39,104 nt of DNA from an uncultured Methanosarcinales archaeon (GCA_964419615.1 CAYQPU010000006.1:15418-54521); one strand, 5' to 3'; positions 17,962 to 28,273 are shown, counted from the first letter of the stretch. Numbers and translations are program-made. Notes: a model not told the origin generated them from the sequence alone.

Positions 17962-18921
17962 TTAAGTGTCTAAAATCAAGATTTCACATTTCAGACCAGA
18001 ATTAATTATGTTTATGCAATCTATGATTTTAATCCCATGCTCTGCTGCTTTTTTTTTGATAATGTCTCCTTGCATGGTGAGGAACACCCACCTTGATTCT
18101 TTCTTTGAAACTCTGATCATTTCATCTATGAACTTTTCAAAAAATCCATCTGGTAACTTTACTTGCTTGCCAAAGGGCAGGTTGCATACTATTTTATCAA
18201 CTGAATTGTCTGGAACATTAGTGTCACTTGCATCCCAATAATGAAACTCTACATTAGTGTCCATGAGCTCACTATTTTCTTTTGCAATATCTAAACTTCC
18301 AATATCTCCACCAATGCAGGTTGCTCCAGTCAAAGCTGCTTTGATTGGTATTGTACCTGCACCACACATTGGATCTAGTAAAACATCACCTTCCGAAACA
18401 TCTGCAAGTTTTAGTAAAGTGTGTGTGATGGAACTTTTAAGACTGCCTGGAACTTTTTTCAGTCTTATTTTGTTGTTATTATGGCTAAGCCCGATTAATG
18501 CAATTTTTTTCCTTATGATTACATGAATTAGTGTCTTTGACTCTTCATAGCATTTCCAGTGATATTTTTTAGAAATTCCCTGCTTTACAACTTTAATGAT
18601 ATCCTTAGCTGTATAATCTATTTTTCCAGTATAACTTGCTTTGACTGAAAAACTATTAATAGGTCCGAATTTGGTAAAATTTGACTTCGCAATCTGATGT
18701 TTTATGTTTGTCAGACTACTTTTATACCTGCTAATGCCTGCTAGTTTTTTTACTAGAAACAAAATTTCATCTGCTGTTTTAACTTCCAAGAGTTTTTCTG
18801 TCTTACCACTAAATTCGAACATTATCATTCCATCATGAATTTTTACTTCACTAACCTGTCCTAATTCTTTTGCAACAAATTTTTCAAGGCCCGGAGCACA
18901 TAATGCTATGAATTTGGTCAT
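17962..18921 (-). CDS. THUMP-domain RNA guanine-N2 methyltransferase (Trm14/RlmL-like)
   Basis: N-terminal CAPGLE, THUMP region, LLDPMCGAGTI and IVCNLPFG. Confidence 0.85.
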   Translation of the reverse strand: MTKFIALCAPGLEKFVAKELGQVSEVKIHDGMIMFEFSGKTEKLLEVKTADEILFLVKKLAGISRYKSSLTNIKHQIAKSNFTKFGPINSFSVKASYTGKIDYTAKDIIKVVKQGISKKYHWKCYEESKTLIHVIIRKKIALIGLSHNNNKIRLKKVPGSLKSSITHTLLKLADVSEGDVLLDPMCGAGTIPIKAALTGATCIGGDIGSLDIAKENSELMDTNVEFHYWDASDTNVPDNSVDKIVCNLPFGKQVKLPDGFFEKFIDEMIRVSKKESRWVFLTMQGDIIKKKAAEHGIKIIDCINIINSGLKCEILILDT

Positions 18922-19037
18922 AGGATTTGGTTAGTCTAAAGTGTTTTATATTTGTTTGTGCTTATTAACCTAAGACTCATAATTTTTGACATGCAGAATA
19001 GGTTATCTTTATAACCAAATCAATATTTGTCCTTGGA

Positions 19038-20288
19038 ATGGAAGACAAAATAACATTTAAAGATCTCAAACTCATACCTTCTCTTAATAGGGCACTAATT
19101 AAACAAAGGTATACTAAGCCTACATCTATTCAATGTAAATCAATCCCTGATTTGTTGTTAGGTAAGGATTTGATTGGTATTGCTCAAACAGGTACTGGTA
19201 AAACTGCAGCATTCATATTACCAATTCTACAAAGGATGACTGAAAGATATCCTAGAAAGATCAGAACATTGGTACTTGCACCTACACGAGAACTTGCTGC
19301 ACAGATTGGAGAAAGCTTTTCAACATATGGTGAGTTTCTTAAATTTAAGCATACTGTCATCTTTGGAGGAGTAAAGCAAGGAAGGCAAGTTCAAGCATTA
19401 TCCAATGGAGTTGACATTGTTGTAGCAACACCAGGAAGATTACTTGATTTAATGAATCAAGGAAAACTTACTTTAAAAAATATAGAATTTTTTGTATTAG
19501 ATGAAGCAGATAGAATGCTTGATATGGGATTTATTCATGACATAAAAAAGATAATATCAAAATTACCCAGAAAAAGACAGTCTTTGTTTTTCTCAGCAAC
19601 AATGTCTTCTCAAGTTAATAAACTTGCAAAAACCCTGCTTAAAAATCCGGTTCATGTTGAGGCTGCAACTCAAGCAACCACTGTTAAAACTGTAAAACAA
19701 TGTGTCTACTTTGTTGATCGAAACTCTAAACAAAAATTATTATTGGAGCTTTTAGAACAAGATCATCTTTCAAGTGTTTTGATTTTTACTAGAACAAAAC
19801 ATAAGGCAAACAGAGTAGCATCATTTCTTAGGAAAAAAAAGATTTCATCAGATGCCATTCATGGAAACAAATCACAAAATCAAAGAACCAGAACAATCAA
19901 AAGTTTCAAAAAAGGTAAGATAAGGGTATTAGTGGCAACTGACATAGCAGCTAGAGGAATAGATATTGATCATATATCTCATGTTGTCAATTTTGAACTT
20001 CCAAATGAGTCAGAAACTTATGTTCATAGGATAGGTAGGACTGCTAGGGCTGGAGCAGATGGAACAGCTATCTCATTTTGCTCAGCTGAAGAAAGAAATT
20101 ACCTTAGGGACATTGAAAGATTAATAAAACAAAAAATTAAATTCAGAAATCATGCTTTACACTCAGAATTTGCCAAAAACGCTGTTGGTGCAGCGGCCAA
20201 ACCAGCACCTAAAAAAAAAGGGGAATCTCGTAGAAACTTTAAACCTAGACAAAGAAACAGACCTAGACGTGGGTATAAAAGAAAATAG
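19038..20288 (+). CDS. rhlE: DEAD-box RNA helicase, RhlE-like
   Basis: Q motif, [32 protein letters not shown] and [10 protein letters not shown], plus a basic C-terminal tail. Confidence 0.9.
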   Translation: MEDKITFKDLKLIPSLNRALIKQRYTKPTSIQCKSIPDLLLGKDLIGIAQTGTGKTAAFILPILQRMTERYPRKIRTLVLAPTRELAAQIGESFSTYGEFLKFKHTVIFGGVKQGRQVQALSNGVDIVVATPGRLLDLMNQGKLTLKNIEFFVLDEADRMLDMGFIHDIKKIISKLPRKRQSLFFSATMSSQVNKLAKTLLKNPVHVEAATQATTVKTVKQCVYFVDRNSKQKLLLELLEQDHLSSVLIFTRTKHKANRVASFLRKKKISSDAIHGNKSQNQRTRTIKSFKKGKIRVLVATDIAARGIDIDHISHVVNFELPNESETYVHRIGRTARAGADGTAISFCSAEERNYLRDIERLIKQKIKFRNHALHSEFAKNAVGAAAKPAPKKKGESRRNFKPRQRNRPRRGYKRK

Positions 20289-20292
20289 GTGA

Positions 20293-20718
20293 TCAATTAA
20301 AGTAATCTTCATAATAAAAGTTCTTTTTTCTCCCTTCAAAAGTACAGCCACCTTTTTTTTCAATAATATTTCCTTCAAGAAACTCTCGATATTCATTAAC
20401 TAAAGAATTACAATCAGTACATCTTCTAAAGTCAGTTCCGATTTCAACCTTAAATTGTTTTTCATCAATTTTAATTAGTTTACTTGGAACACTTGCTTTG
20501 GCTTTAAAGTAGTTATAAATTGTCTCTATAAATCTGTTGTCTGTTAGAGCTTCTGAGAGAGTAATTTGAAGAGAACATTTTTTAGGAGCAGAAGTGTTTA
20601 CCAGCTCTCTTTGGACAAGAATGCATCTTTGTTGTTTTAATTTTTTATTGTTTTCTTCTTTTTTCTTAGCTAAACGCTCTGGAAGTTTGATGCTTCCATC
20701 TGGATTAAATTCAATCAT
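20293..20718 (-). CDS. Conserved-type hypothetical protein (MIEFNPDGSIKLP..., Cys-containing)
   Basis: 141-aa ORF with a TATA box about 20 nt upstream; C65, CxxC and a C-terminal C. Confidence 0.7.
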   Translation of the reverse strand: MIEFNPDGSIKLPERLAKKKEENNKKLKQQRCILVQRELVNTSAPKKCSLQITLSEALTDNRFIETIYNYFKAKASVPSKLIKIDEKQFKVEIGTDFRRCTDCNSLVNEYREFLEGNIIEKKGGCTFEGRKKNFYYEDYFN

Positions 20719-20853
20719 GAACGCAAGATTGTGGGGTTATTTATATTGTTTTGGAAAATTGCAACCGTGGGCTGAAAGGCTTAGTTCAATGGGTTTACTA
20801 GTAATGGATTAATCCAAATATTTGTTTTTCCGGAATTCTCGCAAATATTCTAA

Positions 20854-20901
20854 CAAATTAGTAATCAATGTTATTAATGTCTAATTTGCTTACCAAATTA
20901 G
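20854..20901. promoter_or_regulatory. Three CAAATTAG/CTAATTTG half-sites (candidate antitoxin operator) just upstream of the TA-operon TATA box
   Basis: CAAATTAG 20854-61, CTAATTTG 20881-88 and CAAATTAG 20894-901; TATA-like TATAAATA at 20911-18. Confidence 0.55.
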
Positions 20902-20950
20902 CAAAAAACATATAAATAAGCTTGACTTAGCTGAACTTAGGTTAAGTAAT

Positions 20951-21196
20951 TTGGTACAAGCATTGATTAATTTGAGTGAGAATGCAAATAGGGTGCTCAA
21001 TGTGGTTAAAGCAAAATATAATTTTAAAGACAAGTCTGAAGCAATTGCGTACCTAATTGAAAACTATATTGAAGCACAAGAAGATCCAGATCTTAGACCT
21101 GAGTTCATTGAAAAGTTAAAGAAACTTGAAAAACATGGTAAGTTTTCTCGTTATAAATCCATTAATGAACTAAGGAAAGAGATTGAGAATGCGTGA
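20951..21196 (+). CDS. Type II antitoxin, DUF2683-like RHH-type family
   Basis: MVQALINLSENANRVLNVVKAKYNFKDKSEAI...LRPEFIEKL; TTG start; overlaps the toxin start. Confidence 0.75.
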   Translation: MVQALINLSENANRVLNVVKAKYNFKDKSEAIAYLIENYIEAQEDPDLRPEFIEKLKKLEKHGKFSRYKSINELRKEIENA

Positions 21197-21455
21197 GTAC
21201 AATGTTGAAAAGAAACTTAAGAAAAAACTTAGTAAATTAATGAAGAGAGATATCAAATTGTATTCTGCTGTATTAAGCAAGATGGATGAAATTGTTTGTT
21301 GTTCTGATGTTGGTAGTTACAAAAACTTAAAAAGACCAATGCAAAGATACAAGAGAGTGCAAATTGGATCTTTTGTTTTGATTTTTAATTATGATAAATC
21401 AGAAGATAGTGTGACGTTTTTTGAGCTTGAACATCACGACGATGCTTACAAGTAA
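21189..21455 (+). CDS. RelE/ParE (YafQ-like) type II toxin
   Basis: YKNLK..KRVQIGSFVLIF...HHDDAY. ATG21189 gives an 8-nt overlap with the antitoxin stop. Confidence 0.8.
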   Translation: MREYNVEKKLKKKLSKLMKRDIKLYSAVLSKMDEIVCCSDVGSYKNLKRPMQRYKRVQIGSFVLIFNYDKSEDSVTFFELEHHDDAYK

Positions 21456-21513
21456 TGTTTCTTTAGCTAAGCATTTCCAAAAAATTATAAACACCATTTA
21501 ATTTGTTATAAAT

Positions 21514-22494
21514 ATGATAGTCCTTGGTATTGAATCAACAGCACACACCTTTGGTGTCAGTATTATCAAAGGAGAGAAGGTTTTGTCTAATGTGATTGAT
21601 GCTTATAAGACAGAGAAAGGAGGGATTATTCCATTTAAGGCATCTGAACACCATGTTAATGCGTGCAAAGATGTTGTTGATCAAGCTCTTGAAAAAGCAA
21701 ATGTAAGTATTAAAGATGTTGAGCTTGTTAGTTTTTCTATAGGTCCTGGTATTGGAAATTGTTTAAAGATTGGAGCTGGAGTGGCAAGATCAATTTCTAT
21801 TGTTCACAAGATTCCAATTATTGGTGTTAATCATTGTATTGCTCATCTTGAGATTGGGAATATGATTACTAAGAGCAAAGATCCAGTTTTGCTTTATGCA
21901 TCTGGGGCAAATACTCAAGTGATTGCTTATGATGGTGGTAAATATAGAGTTTTTGGTGAGACTTTGGATAATGGTATTGGGAATATGCTTGATGGTTTTG
22001 CTAGGTTTATTGGGATTGGTTTTCCTGGTGGACCTAAGATTGAGAAACTAGCTTTGGAAGGTAAAGAGTATACTGAACTTCCTTATGCTGTTAAAGGTAT
22101 GGATGTTAGTTTTGGAGGTATTCAAACCAATCTTAAGAATAAGGTTAATTCAAAAAAATACAAAATTGAAGATCTTGCTTATTCTTTACAGGAAACTGTT
22201 TTTGCAATGTTAATGGAAGTGAGTGAGAGAGCAATGGCACATTGTGATAAAAAAGAATTGCTGCTTGGTGGTGGAGTTGCCTGTAATAAAAGATTACAAG
22301 AGATGGCAAATATTATGTGCAAAGAGAGGGGTGCAAAGTGTTTTGTGCCTGAGAATCAGTTTTTAATTGATAATGCTGCTATGATCGCCTGGCTTGGTTT
22401 GATTAAGTATAAAGCTGGAAACAGAATGGAAATCAAGGACACTGGAATAAGACCTTATGAAAGAACTGATGATGTCTTAGTCAATTGGAGATGA
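21514..22494 (+). CDS. kae1: tRNA N6-threonylcarbamoyladenosine transferase Kae1 (archaeal)
   Basis: LGIESTAHT, GPG, HCIAH, SGANTQ, GETLD and IDNAAMIAW. Confidence 0.96.
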   Translation: MIVLGIESTAHTFGVSIIKGEKVLSNVIDAYKTEKGGIIPFKASEHHVNACKDVVDQALEKANVSIKDVELVSFSIGPGIGNCLKIGAGVARSISIVHKIPIIGVNHCIAHLEIGNMITKSKDPVLLYASGANTQVIAYDGGKYRVFGETLDNGIGNMLDGFARFIGIGFPGGPKIEKLALEGKEYTELPYAVKGMDVSFGGIQTNLKNKVNSKKYKIEDLAYSLQETVFAMLMEVSERAMAHCDKKELLLGGGVACNKRLQEMANIMCKERGAKCFVPENQFLIDNAAMIAWLGLIKYKAGNRMEIKDTGIRPYERTDDVLVNWR

Positions 22495-22553
22495 CTAAGG
22501 CTTGAAAATAACACCACAAAACTTATAAACTTACATACTATACAGATTATGAG

Positions 22554-22874
22554 GTGTTTTTATTGGGGAAGATTAGACTAATTGTTTTGGACATATTGAA
22601 ACCACATGAACCTTCAATATTAAAATTAAGTTCAGATTTAAGTGATCTTGATGGAGTAGATGGTGTTGATGTTTCAGTGTTTGAAATAGATAGCAAGGTT
22701 GAGACAGTTAAAGCTACAATTGTGGGTAAGGACATAAATTTTGAACAAGTAAATACTGTTGTGGAGGACATGGGGGCATCTATTCACAGTATTGACAAGG
22801 TTAGTGCTGGTAAAAATCTTATAAAAGAAGTTTTTACTCACCAGGATATGAATTCTAACAAGAATGGATATTAA
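22554..22874 (+). CDS. DUF211 family protein
   Basis: LDILKPHEP and GASIHSIDKVSAG. The start is either GTG22554 or TTG22563 (after GAGGTG). Confidence 0.85.
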   Translation: MFLLGKIRLIVLDILKPHEPSILKLSSDLSDLDGVDGVDVSVFEIDSKVETVKATIVGKDINFEQVNTVVEDMGASIHSIDKVSAGKNLIKEVFTHQDMNSNKNGY

Positions 22875-23442
22875 AAAACAGATTCAGATCTACAAAGAAT
22901 ATTCAAGGATTGCTAAACTATGGGAGATTGGGAGAAGAGTTTTTGCAAAGAACTCTTTTGATGGGATTTTAACAATAATTGGTATTATTCTTGGAAATTA
23001 TTATGCTAAAGTAATTGATTCAAGGATTGTTATTGTCACTGGCATGGGTGCATGTATTGCTATGGGAGTTAGTGGTATTTGGGGAACTTATTACACAGAA
23101 AAAGCTGAACGAAAGAAAAAAATAATGGAATTAGAAAAAGCAACTTTAAGAAAAATGGATAATTCCAAAATCCAGAAGGCTGAGAATTTCGCTTCAATTC
23201 TTATTGCACTTATTGATGGTCTAAGTCCATTTACTGCAGCGTTTATTGTTTTAATTCCCTTTTTCATTGTCGAGATTAAAATTGCCTATTTTGCCTCAAT
23301 TGGTATTGCTTTTGTCTTATTAGCTTTTTTAGGGGGATTTCTTGGGAAGATCTCAAAAGAGAGTGTTCTTAAAGGTAGTTTTAAAATGATTGTAGCGGGA
23401 ATCATTTGCATTTTGTTGTCTTTAGTATTACAGACTTTTTAG
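22864..23442 (+). CDS. VIT1/CCC1-like membrane transporter
   Basis: NSFDGIL, GVSGIWGTYYTEKAE and DGLSP, with multiple TM segments; coupled to DUF211. Confidence 0.8.
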   Translation: MDIKKQIQIYKEYSRIAKLWEIGRRVFAKNSFDGILTIIGIILGNYYAKVIDSRIVIVTGMGACIAMGVSGIWGTYYTEKAERKKKIMELEKATLRKMDNSKIQKAENFASILIALIDGLSPFTAAFIVLIPFFIVEIKIAYFASIGIAFVLLAFLGGFLGKISKESVLKGSFKMIVAGIICILLSLVLQTF

Positions 23443-23504
23443 TAACTACTCCCAAGTAACAAAATATAGAAAGATTTAAATATGGGAAATTGTTTCCACA
23501 AGAT

Positions 23505-24344
23505 ATGAATATCTCACCTGGTGTTAAAAAAGGAGCTTTAATCACTACCTCAACTTTATTAGGACTTCTGACTGTATATTCTGCGTTTTCAGCGGGTCAA
23601 ACAAAAATCGATCTCGGTCATAATCCTATCCTAAGCAACACTGTAAAAGTAAGTCAATCTGGCTGGTTTGTACCGGACTTTTCTATGGTTGATTTATGGA
23701 CTGATGGTACAGCTGACTTTATAGACGCAGAAGAGAAAATACTGCCTAGTGAAAACTATTTTGCTCAATCTGATATGCAAGATGTGGTGGAACAATCATT
23801 GTCAGCTCAGGGCACTTCAAAATGGGTGAACCCTGAAACAGGAATAGGTTATACTGTTGGACTTGCAAGCTTGTATAAAGATCAATGTGCAATTCCAGTT
23901 GGAACTTGGTTTAGAAGAGATTTGAACGAGTGTCAGCAAGAAGTAGCTGATTATGTACTTGGTCAGTTGTATGAACAATTAGGTGTTAATCTAGATGATA
24001 TCACAGCAAATGATTCCCAACCTGAACATCAGATGATTAGAAATCCAAACAGATACATGGGTGGGGAAATGCTTTCAAATGGTCAAATACACCACATGCC
24101 TGAGTGGAGAGAAACACCAAGTCCAAATTCACATGAAGATGCTTATCACAACATACACCATGTTTCTCAGGATAATGAAAGAATGGGTGGATCCCAAATT
24201 ATCAAAGCAAATCCTTGGCCATATACAGATACTGTAATCACGTTTATTATACCAATTGAGCAATTTGAGTCTTGTCCAGAAGAAAGTCCAAGTGGTTTGT
24301 ATGATCAATCAAATGATTCACCATTTGATGGAAGCGGACGTTAA
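23505..24344 (+). CDS. Exported/membrane-anchored hypothetical protein with a His-rich C-terminal cluster
   Basis: ATG23505 lies 23 nt after BRE-TATA GAAAGATTTAAATA (23469-23482) and is preferred over TTG23490. N-terminal hydrophobic helix. Confidence 0.65.
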   Translation: MNISPGVKKGALITTSTLLGLLTVYSAFSAGQTKIDLGHNPILSNTVKVSQSGWFVPDFSMVDLWTDGTADFIDAEEKILPSENYFAQSDMQDVVEQSLSAQGTSKWVNPETGIGYTVGLASLYKDQCAIPVGTWFRRDLNECQQEVADYVLGQLYEQLGVNLDDITANDSQPEHQMIRNPNRYMGGEMLSNGQIHHMPEWRETPSPNSHEDAYHNIHHVSQDNERMGGSQIIKANPWPYTDTVITFIIPIEQFESCPEESPSGLYDQSNDSPFDGSGR

Positions 24345-24442
24345 TTGAATATTAATAAAAACCATTAATTTTCTTATTATTCAAAGTTTTTAGAAAATTA
24401 TTTAAATAAGCATTAGAATATTCATATATAGAGGTTGATATA

Positions 24443-25873
24443 GTGAGGGCTAAAAATATTATTTGGATTATTATGTTTATTTTAGTCCTTAATTCTGTTC
24501 ATGCTATAACTGTTGAAAGTAATGCTGTTAAGAATGCTATTGGTGCTGGAGATACAGCTATTTTTAATGTTACTATAGTAAATGATCTGAAATATGATGA
24601 TAGTTTTGGTCTAAGTTTTTCAGATGATGTTGAGTGGACGATTTTAACAGATCCATTAAGTTACAAGTTTTCCAAATTCAAACTAAAGGTTGGGGAGTCA
24701 GCAAATTTCTTGGTTAAGATTAGAGCTTCTCCTTCTGCACATTTAAGCTATAATCAGTATATTATTGGACTAACAGTTAAAGGTGAGTCAACCAAGGAAA
24801 CAGAATCTGAAAGATTAATTATTGGATATGGTCCACAGTTCCTAACCCCTAAAGAATATGCTGCTTTGATTGTGGCTTCAGCAGAAGTTGATGATAAAGT
24901 TGATCCAAGGGAAGATATGAAAATTACTGTTTTCTTAAGAAATAGAAATCCACTTAACATTACAGAACTTGAGATATATGCAAAGTCTCCGTTATTTGAA
25001 AAATTTATTCTTACTGAACTTGGACCTCTTGAGGAAAAATCAGTTGTGTTTATGCAAAAATTTGACCCACTTCAAAAACCAGCTCACGATAAAGTTACAA
25101 TTTATATTGCAAGAAGGAATTCTACGCTTGTGAGTTTGGAGAAAAATTATGAGATCATTTCTTATTCACAATTTGAGGAGAAAAGAACAACTGAAAAGAG
25201 TTTTTTAAAAACAATCACATATGTTAATTTTAAGAATAATGGTAATCATGGGAAGACTGAAAAAGTTGCTTATGAAACTGCTTTTATCAAGAGCTTGTTT
25301 ACTAGGACTGTTCCTGATGCGGACCTATCTAAAAGTGAAGATGGAAGGTATCTGGTATGGGACATAAATCTTGAATCTAATGATGAAACAACAATTGTTG
25401 TCATTGAAAGCTACTTGCCTTTATTGTTTATTTTAAGTGTGGTTGTAGTTGCACTTGTTTTAGCAAGGGTACTCAGAAGTCCTGTTGTGGTTAAGAAAGA
25501 AGCAATACTTCTTTCCAAGAAACAAGGTGGAATTGCTGGGATGAAAGTTATGCTTAAGGTTAATAATAGATCAAATAGAGTTGTTAGAGATGTTTGGATT
25601 GTTGATTCAATTCCAAACATAGCCAAGCTTGAATCAGCTGAAGAAGTTGGTTCACTAGAACCTCACCGAGTTGTAAAACACCACAAAAAAGGAACTTTAG
25701 TTAAGTGGAAAGTTGGAGATTTGGAAGTTGGTGAAGAAAGGATTCTAAGATACAGAGTTAAAGCAAGGCTTGCTATTGTTGGAGCATTTACTTTACCTGC
25801 TGCTGTTGTTAAGTGTGATTATGCAGGCAAGAATAAATACACATATTCTAATAGGCTGAAATTTAGTGTCTAA
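24443..25873 (+). CDS. Surface protein with signal peptide, Ig-like (CARDB/DUF11-type) domains, a TM helix and a cytoplasmic Ig-like domain
   Basis: GAGGT SD with GTG start, signal peptide ending VHA, beta-rich NxG/NxN motifs, a TM at about aa 327-345, then another beta-sandwich-like segment. Confidence 0.7.
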   Translation: MRAKNIIWIIMFILVLNSVHAITVESNAVKNAIGAGDTAIFNVTIVNDLKYDDSFGLSFSDDVEWTILTDPLSYKFSKFKLKVGESANFLVKIRASPSAHLSYNQYIIGLTVKGESTKETESERLIIGYGPQFLTPKEYAALIVASAEVDDKVDPREDMKITVFLRNRNPLNITELEIYAKSPLFEKFILTELGPLEEKSVVFMQKFDPLQKPAHDKVTIYIARRNSTLVSLEKNYEIISYSQFEEKRTTEKSFLKTITYVNFKNNGNHGKTEKVAYETAFIKSLFTRTVPDADLSKSEDGRYLVWDINLESNDETTIVVIESYLPLLFILSVVVVALVLARVLRSPVVVKKEAILLSKKQGGIAGMKVMLKVNNRSNRVVRDVWIVDSIPNIAKLESAEEVGSLEPHRVVKHHKKGTLVKWKVGDLEVGEERILRYRVKARLAIVGAFTLPAAVVKCDYAGKNKYTYSNRLKFSV

Positions 25874-26898
25874 ATATAAAGGCTGGAAGTTGGTTTATTT
25901 TTACTAATCCTAATTAATAATTCAGCAAGCATTGGTGAAATGTCAAGCTGTTGAAACCAAGGATTTTTTTCAATATATTGTCGTTGATGTGGCACCGTGT
26001 TTGTTGTTAGGAATGTTGTAAAAGGACTAGTGCTGTAGAGATTGTTTAGTCTTTCTGTTGCAGGATCACTCATTATTGCATGAGTACAACAAATTATGAT
26101 CTCTTTAGCTCCTTTTTTGTTTAGAGCTTCAACTATTGGGTCTATTGTGCTCAATGTGTCAGCAATGTCATCTACCAAGAGTACTGTTTTGTTTTTTACA
26201 TCACCAAGAATTCTAGTTAGATCCACTTTTCCGATTTTATCAGTTGATCTTTTTTTTGCGGCAAAAACCAAATGCTTATGAGGGCTATCAAATAATTTAG
26301 AAGCATAATAATAGGCTCTTTTTGTTCCACCTTGGTCAGGTGATAGAACAACCAACTTACTTAAGTCATGATTTTTTTTAATGTATTCAACAAAAATGTT
26401 AGTTGCATATAAAGAATCACATTTAACATTACTTGCCTCAAAAAATCCCTTTACTTGAGTTGCATGTAAATCAAATGTTATGAATGAATCTGCTCCTGCC
26501 TTTCCAATAAATTCAGCAAGCAGTCTTGATGACAACGGTTCTCTTCCATCTCTTTTGTCTTGACGACTATATGCTAACAATGGCATGATCAAGGTTACAG
26601 ATCTTGCATGACAATGTTTTAATGTGTCAAGAGTGATAAGAGTTTCCCATAGATTGTCCTGTACAGATCTATCTGATGTTCTATCAACTGGACATTGTAT
26701 TAGAAATATATCTTTTCCCCTCACAGAACCTTTTAGTTTTACTTTAAATTCCCCACAAGCAAACTGTTCTTTTCCAGGTCTAACTAATACTTTTTTTGGA
26801 GGCCTAAATTGAATATCATATTTTTTCAAGTAATCATATAGATTTAAAGATAATTCATAGGCTGATCTATTAGCATGAATCTCAATAATATTATGCAT
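25870..26898 (-). CDS. prs: Ribose-phosphate pyrophosphokinase paralog 1
   Basis: GEFKVK, AYSRQD, DLHATQ, SPDQGGTKRA and DDIADT. Confidence 0.9.
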   Translation of the reverse strand: MHNIIEIHANRSAYELSLNLYDYLKKYDIQFRPPKKVLVRPGKEQFACGEFKVKLKGSVRGKDIFLIQCPVDRTSDRSVQDNLWETLITLDTLKHCHARSVTLIMPLLAYSRQDKRDGREPLSSRLLAEFIGKAGADSFITFDLHATQVKGFFEASNVKCDSLYATNIFVEYIKKNHDLSKLVVLSPDQGGTKRAYYYASKLFDSPHKHLVFAAKKRSTDKIGKVDLTRILGDVKNKTVLLVDDIADTLSTIDPIVEALNKKGAKEIIICCTHAIMSDPATERLNNLYSTSPFTTFLTTNTVPHQRQYIEKNPWFQQLDISPMLAELLIRISKNKPTSSLYI

Positions 26899-26964
26899 GG
26901 GAAGATTAAGGTTGTTTTTGAAATAAAAAGATTGTTAGTCATGAGATGGTGACGTTTTTATGAC

Positions 26965-28005
26965 TTAAAGATAAGTAGAAGAGGTTTCAATGTCATTGTG
27001 AATCCTATAAATCAATTCTGCAATTAGTGGCGATATGTCAAGTTGCTCAAACCAGGGTTTTTCTTTTATTTCAGGGGGATGAGCAACAGAATTTGTGGTA
27101 AGTAACATAGAAAAGTTTGTGGTTTCATACAAATCATCCAGTATTTTTACTGCTGGACCACTTAGAATTGGGTGTGTTGCAACAATAATTATATCTTCTG
27201 CTCCACCATCATGAGAATTTCTAACCTGAGGTTCTCCAGTACTCATGGTATCCACCATGTCCTCAATTAACATAACACCACGTCCTTTAACATCACTTAA
27301 TAAAACAGAATTATATGTGGTGTTGGCTTCATCTTCAGGTCTGTCCTTATCTGCATATTTGATGTGTGCTCGTGCGTTATCTTTTCCATACATCTTTTCA
27401 GCAAAGAATTTTGTACGTTTTCTATTACCACCATCCACAATGAGAAGATCATAATCATTTATTTTAACATTATTTTGTAGATACTCAAGTAATATTGGAC
27501 TAGCATAAGGTGCATCTATTCTAATACCCGCTGCTTCAAAATAACCTTTAATTTGATTGGCGTGCATATCCATAGTCATAAAATCAGTTGCTCCTGCAAC
27601 AGCGTAATACTGTGCCCACAATCTTATAGACAGAGGTTCCCTTCCACTACGGGTGTCTTGTCTAGCATATGCTAGGCAAGCCTGGATTACATTAATTGAT
27701 TTTGCATGACAGAATTTAAGTGAATCTATTGATAACCAGGTGTCAACTAGGTTATCATTCACACTCCACTCAGATGTCCTGTCAACGGGACTAGAAAACA
27801 TGTAAACTTTTTTTCCTCTTACAGAAGAAGGGAGTTGGTTTTTTATTTCTCCAACAGAGAACTGTTCATGACCTTCTCTGCAGATTATTTTTTCTATTCC
27901 AATCTCACTGTCCATTTTCTTAGAAAGATGCTTTGCTGTTAATTCGCCTAATTCATATCCAGTTTGGGCTGAACAAAGATATAATCCATTTGCATTGTTT
28001 GGCAA
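26965..28005 (-). CDS. prs: Ribose-phosphate pyrophosphokinase paralog 2 (more divergent)
   Basis: GEIK, AYARQD, DMHANQ, VDGGNRKR and EDMVDT; TTG start after GAGGGA. Confidence 0.85.
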   Translation of the reverse strand: MPNNANGLYLCSAQTGYELGELTAKHLSKKMDSEIGIEKIICREGHEQFSVGEIKNQLPSSVRGKKVYMFSSPVDRTSEWSVNDNLVDTWLSIDSLKFCHAKSINVIQACLAYARQDTRSGREPLSIRLWAQYYAVAGATDFMTMDMHANQIKGYFEAAGIRIDAPYASPILLEYLQNNVKINDYDLLIVDGGNRKRTKFFAEKMYGKDNARAHIKYADKDRPEDEANTTYNSVLLSDVKGRGVMLIEDMVDTMSTGEPQVRNSHDGGAEDIIIVATHPILSGPAVKILDDLYETTNFSMLLTTNSVAHPPEIKEKPWFEQLDISPLIAELIYRIHNDIETSSTYL

Positions 28006-28136
28006 TATGATTCCCTCAATTAAACTAAGTTAGAATTTGCTTTATATTGATTATCAAGCTAGATCATATATTATAGTTTATAGGTTTAAGAGCCTATATA
28101 CTAAAAACATTATATATAATATATATTAAATATATA

Positions 28137-28150
28137 GAAAGATTTATATA
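28137..28150 (+). promoter_or_regulatory. BRE-TATA GAAAGATTTATATA of the S-layer-like gene, preceded by an A/T-only tract
   Basis: Consensus match, identical to 679-692; implies a 5' UTR of about 100 nt. Confidence 0.6.
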
Positions 28151-28273
28151 CTACTATTTAAGACTAACTAATTATAGCTACTGCTAAATTACTCAAAGTG
28201 CCTTATGCACTATGGGTCTGGAAATCTGGCTGTTAAATCGATAAACGTCAGGTTTATGCTATGGAGGAATAAA

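Noticed and set aside
20760-20800. tRNA, SRP, RNase P or c-di-GMP riboswitch
   Set aside because: It has a GAAA tetraloop but lacks the diagnostic conserved motifs and length of these RNAs.
28205-28273. 69-nt N-terminal extension of the S-layer-like ORF
   Set aside because: A GGAGG SD and the signal peptide begin at ATG28274.
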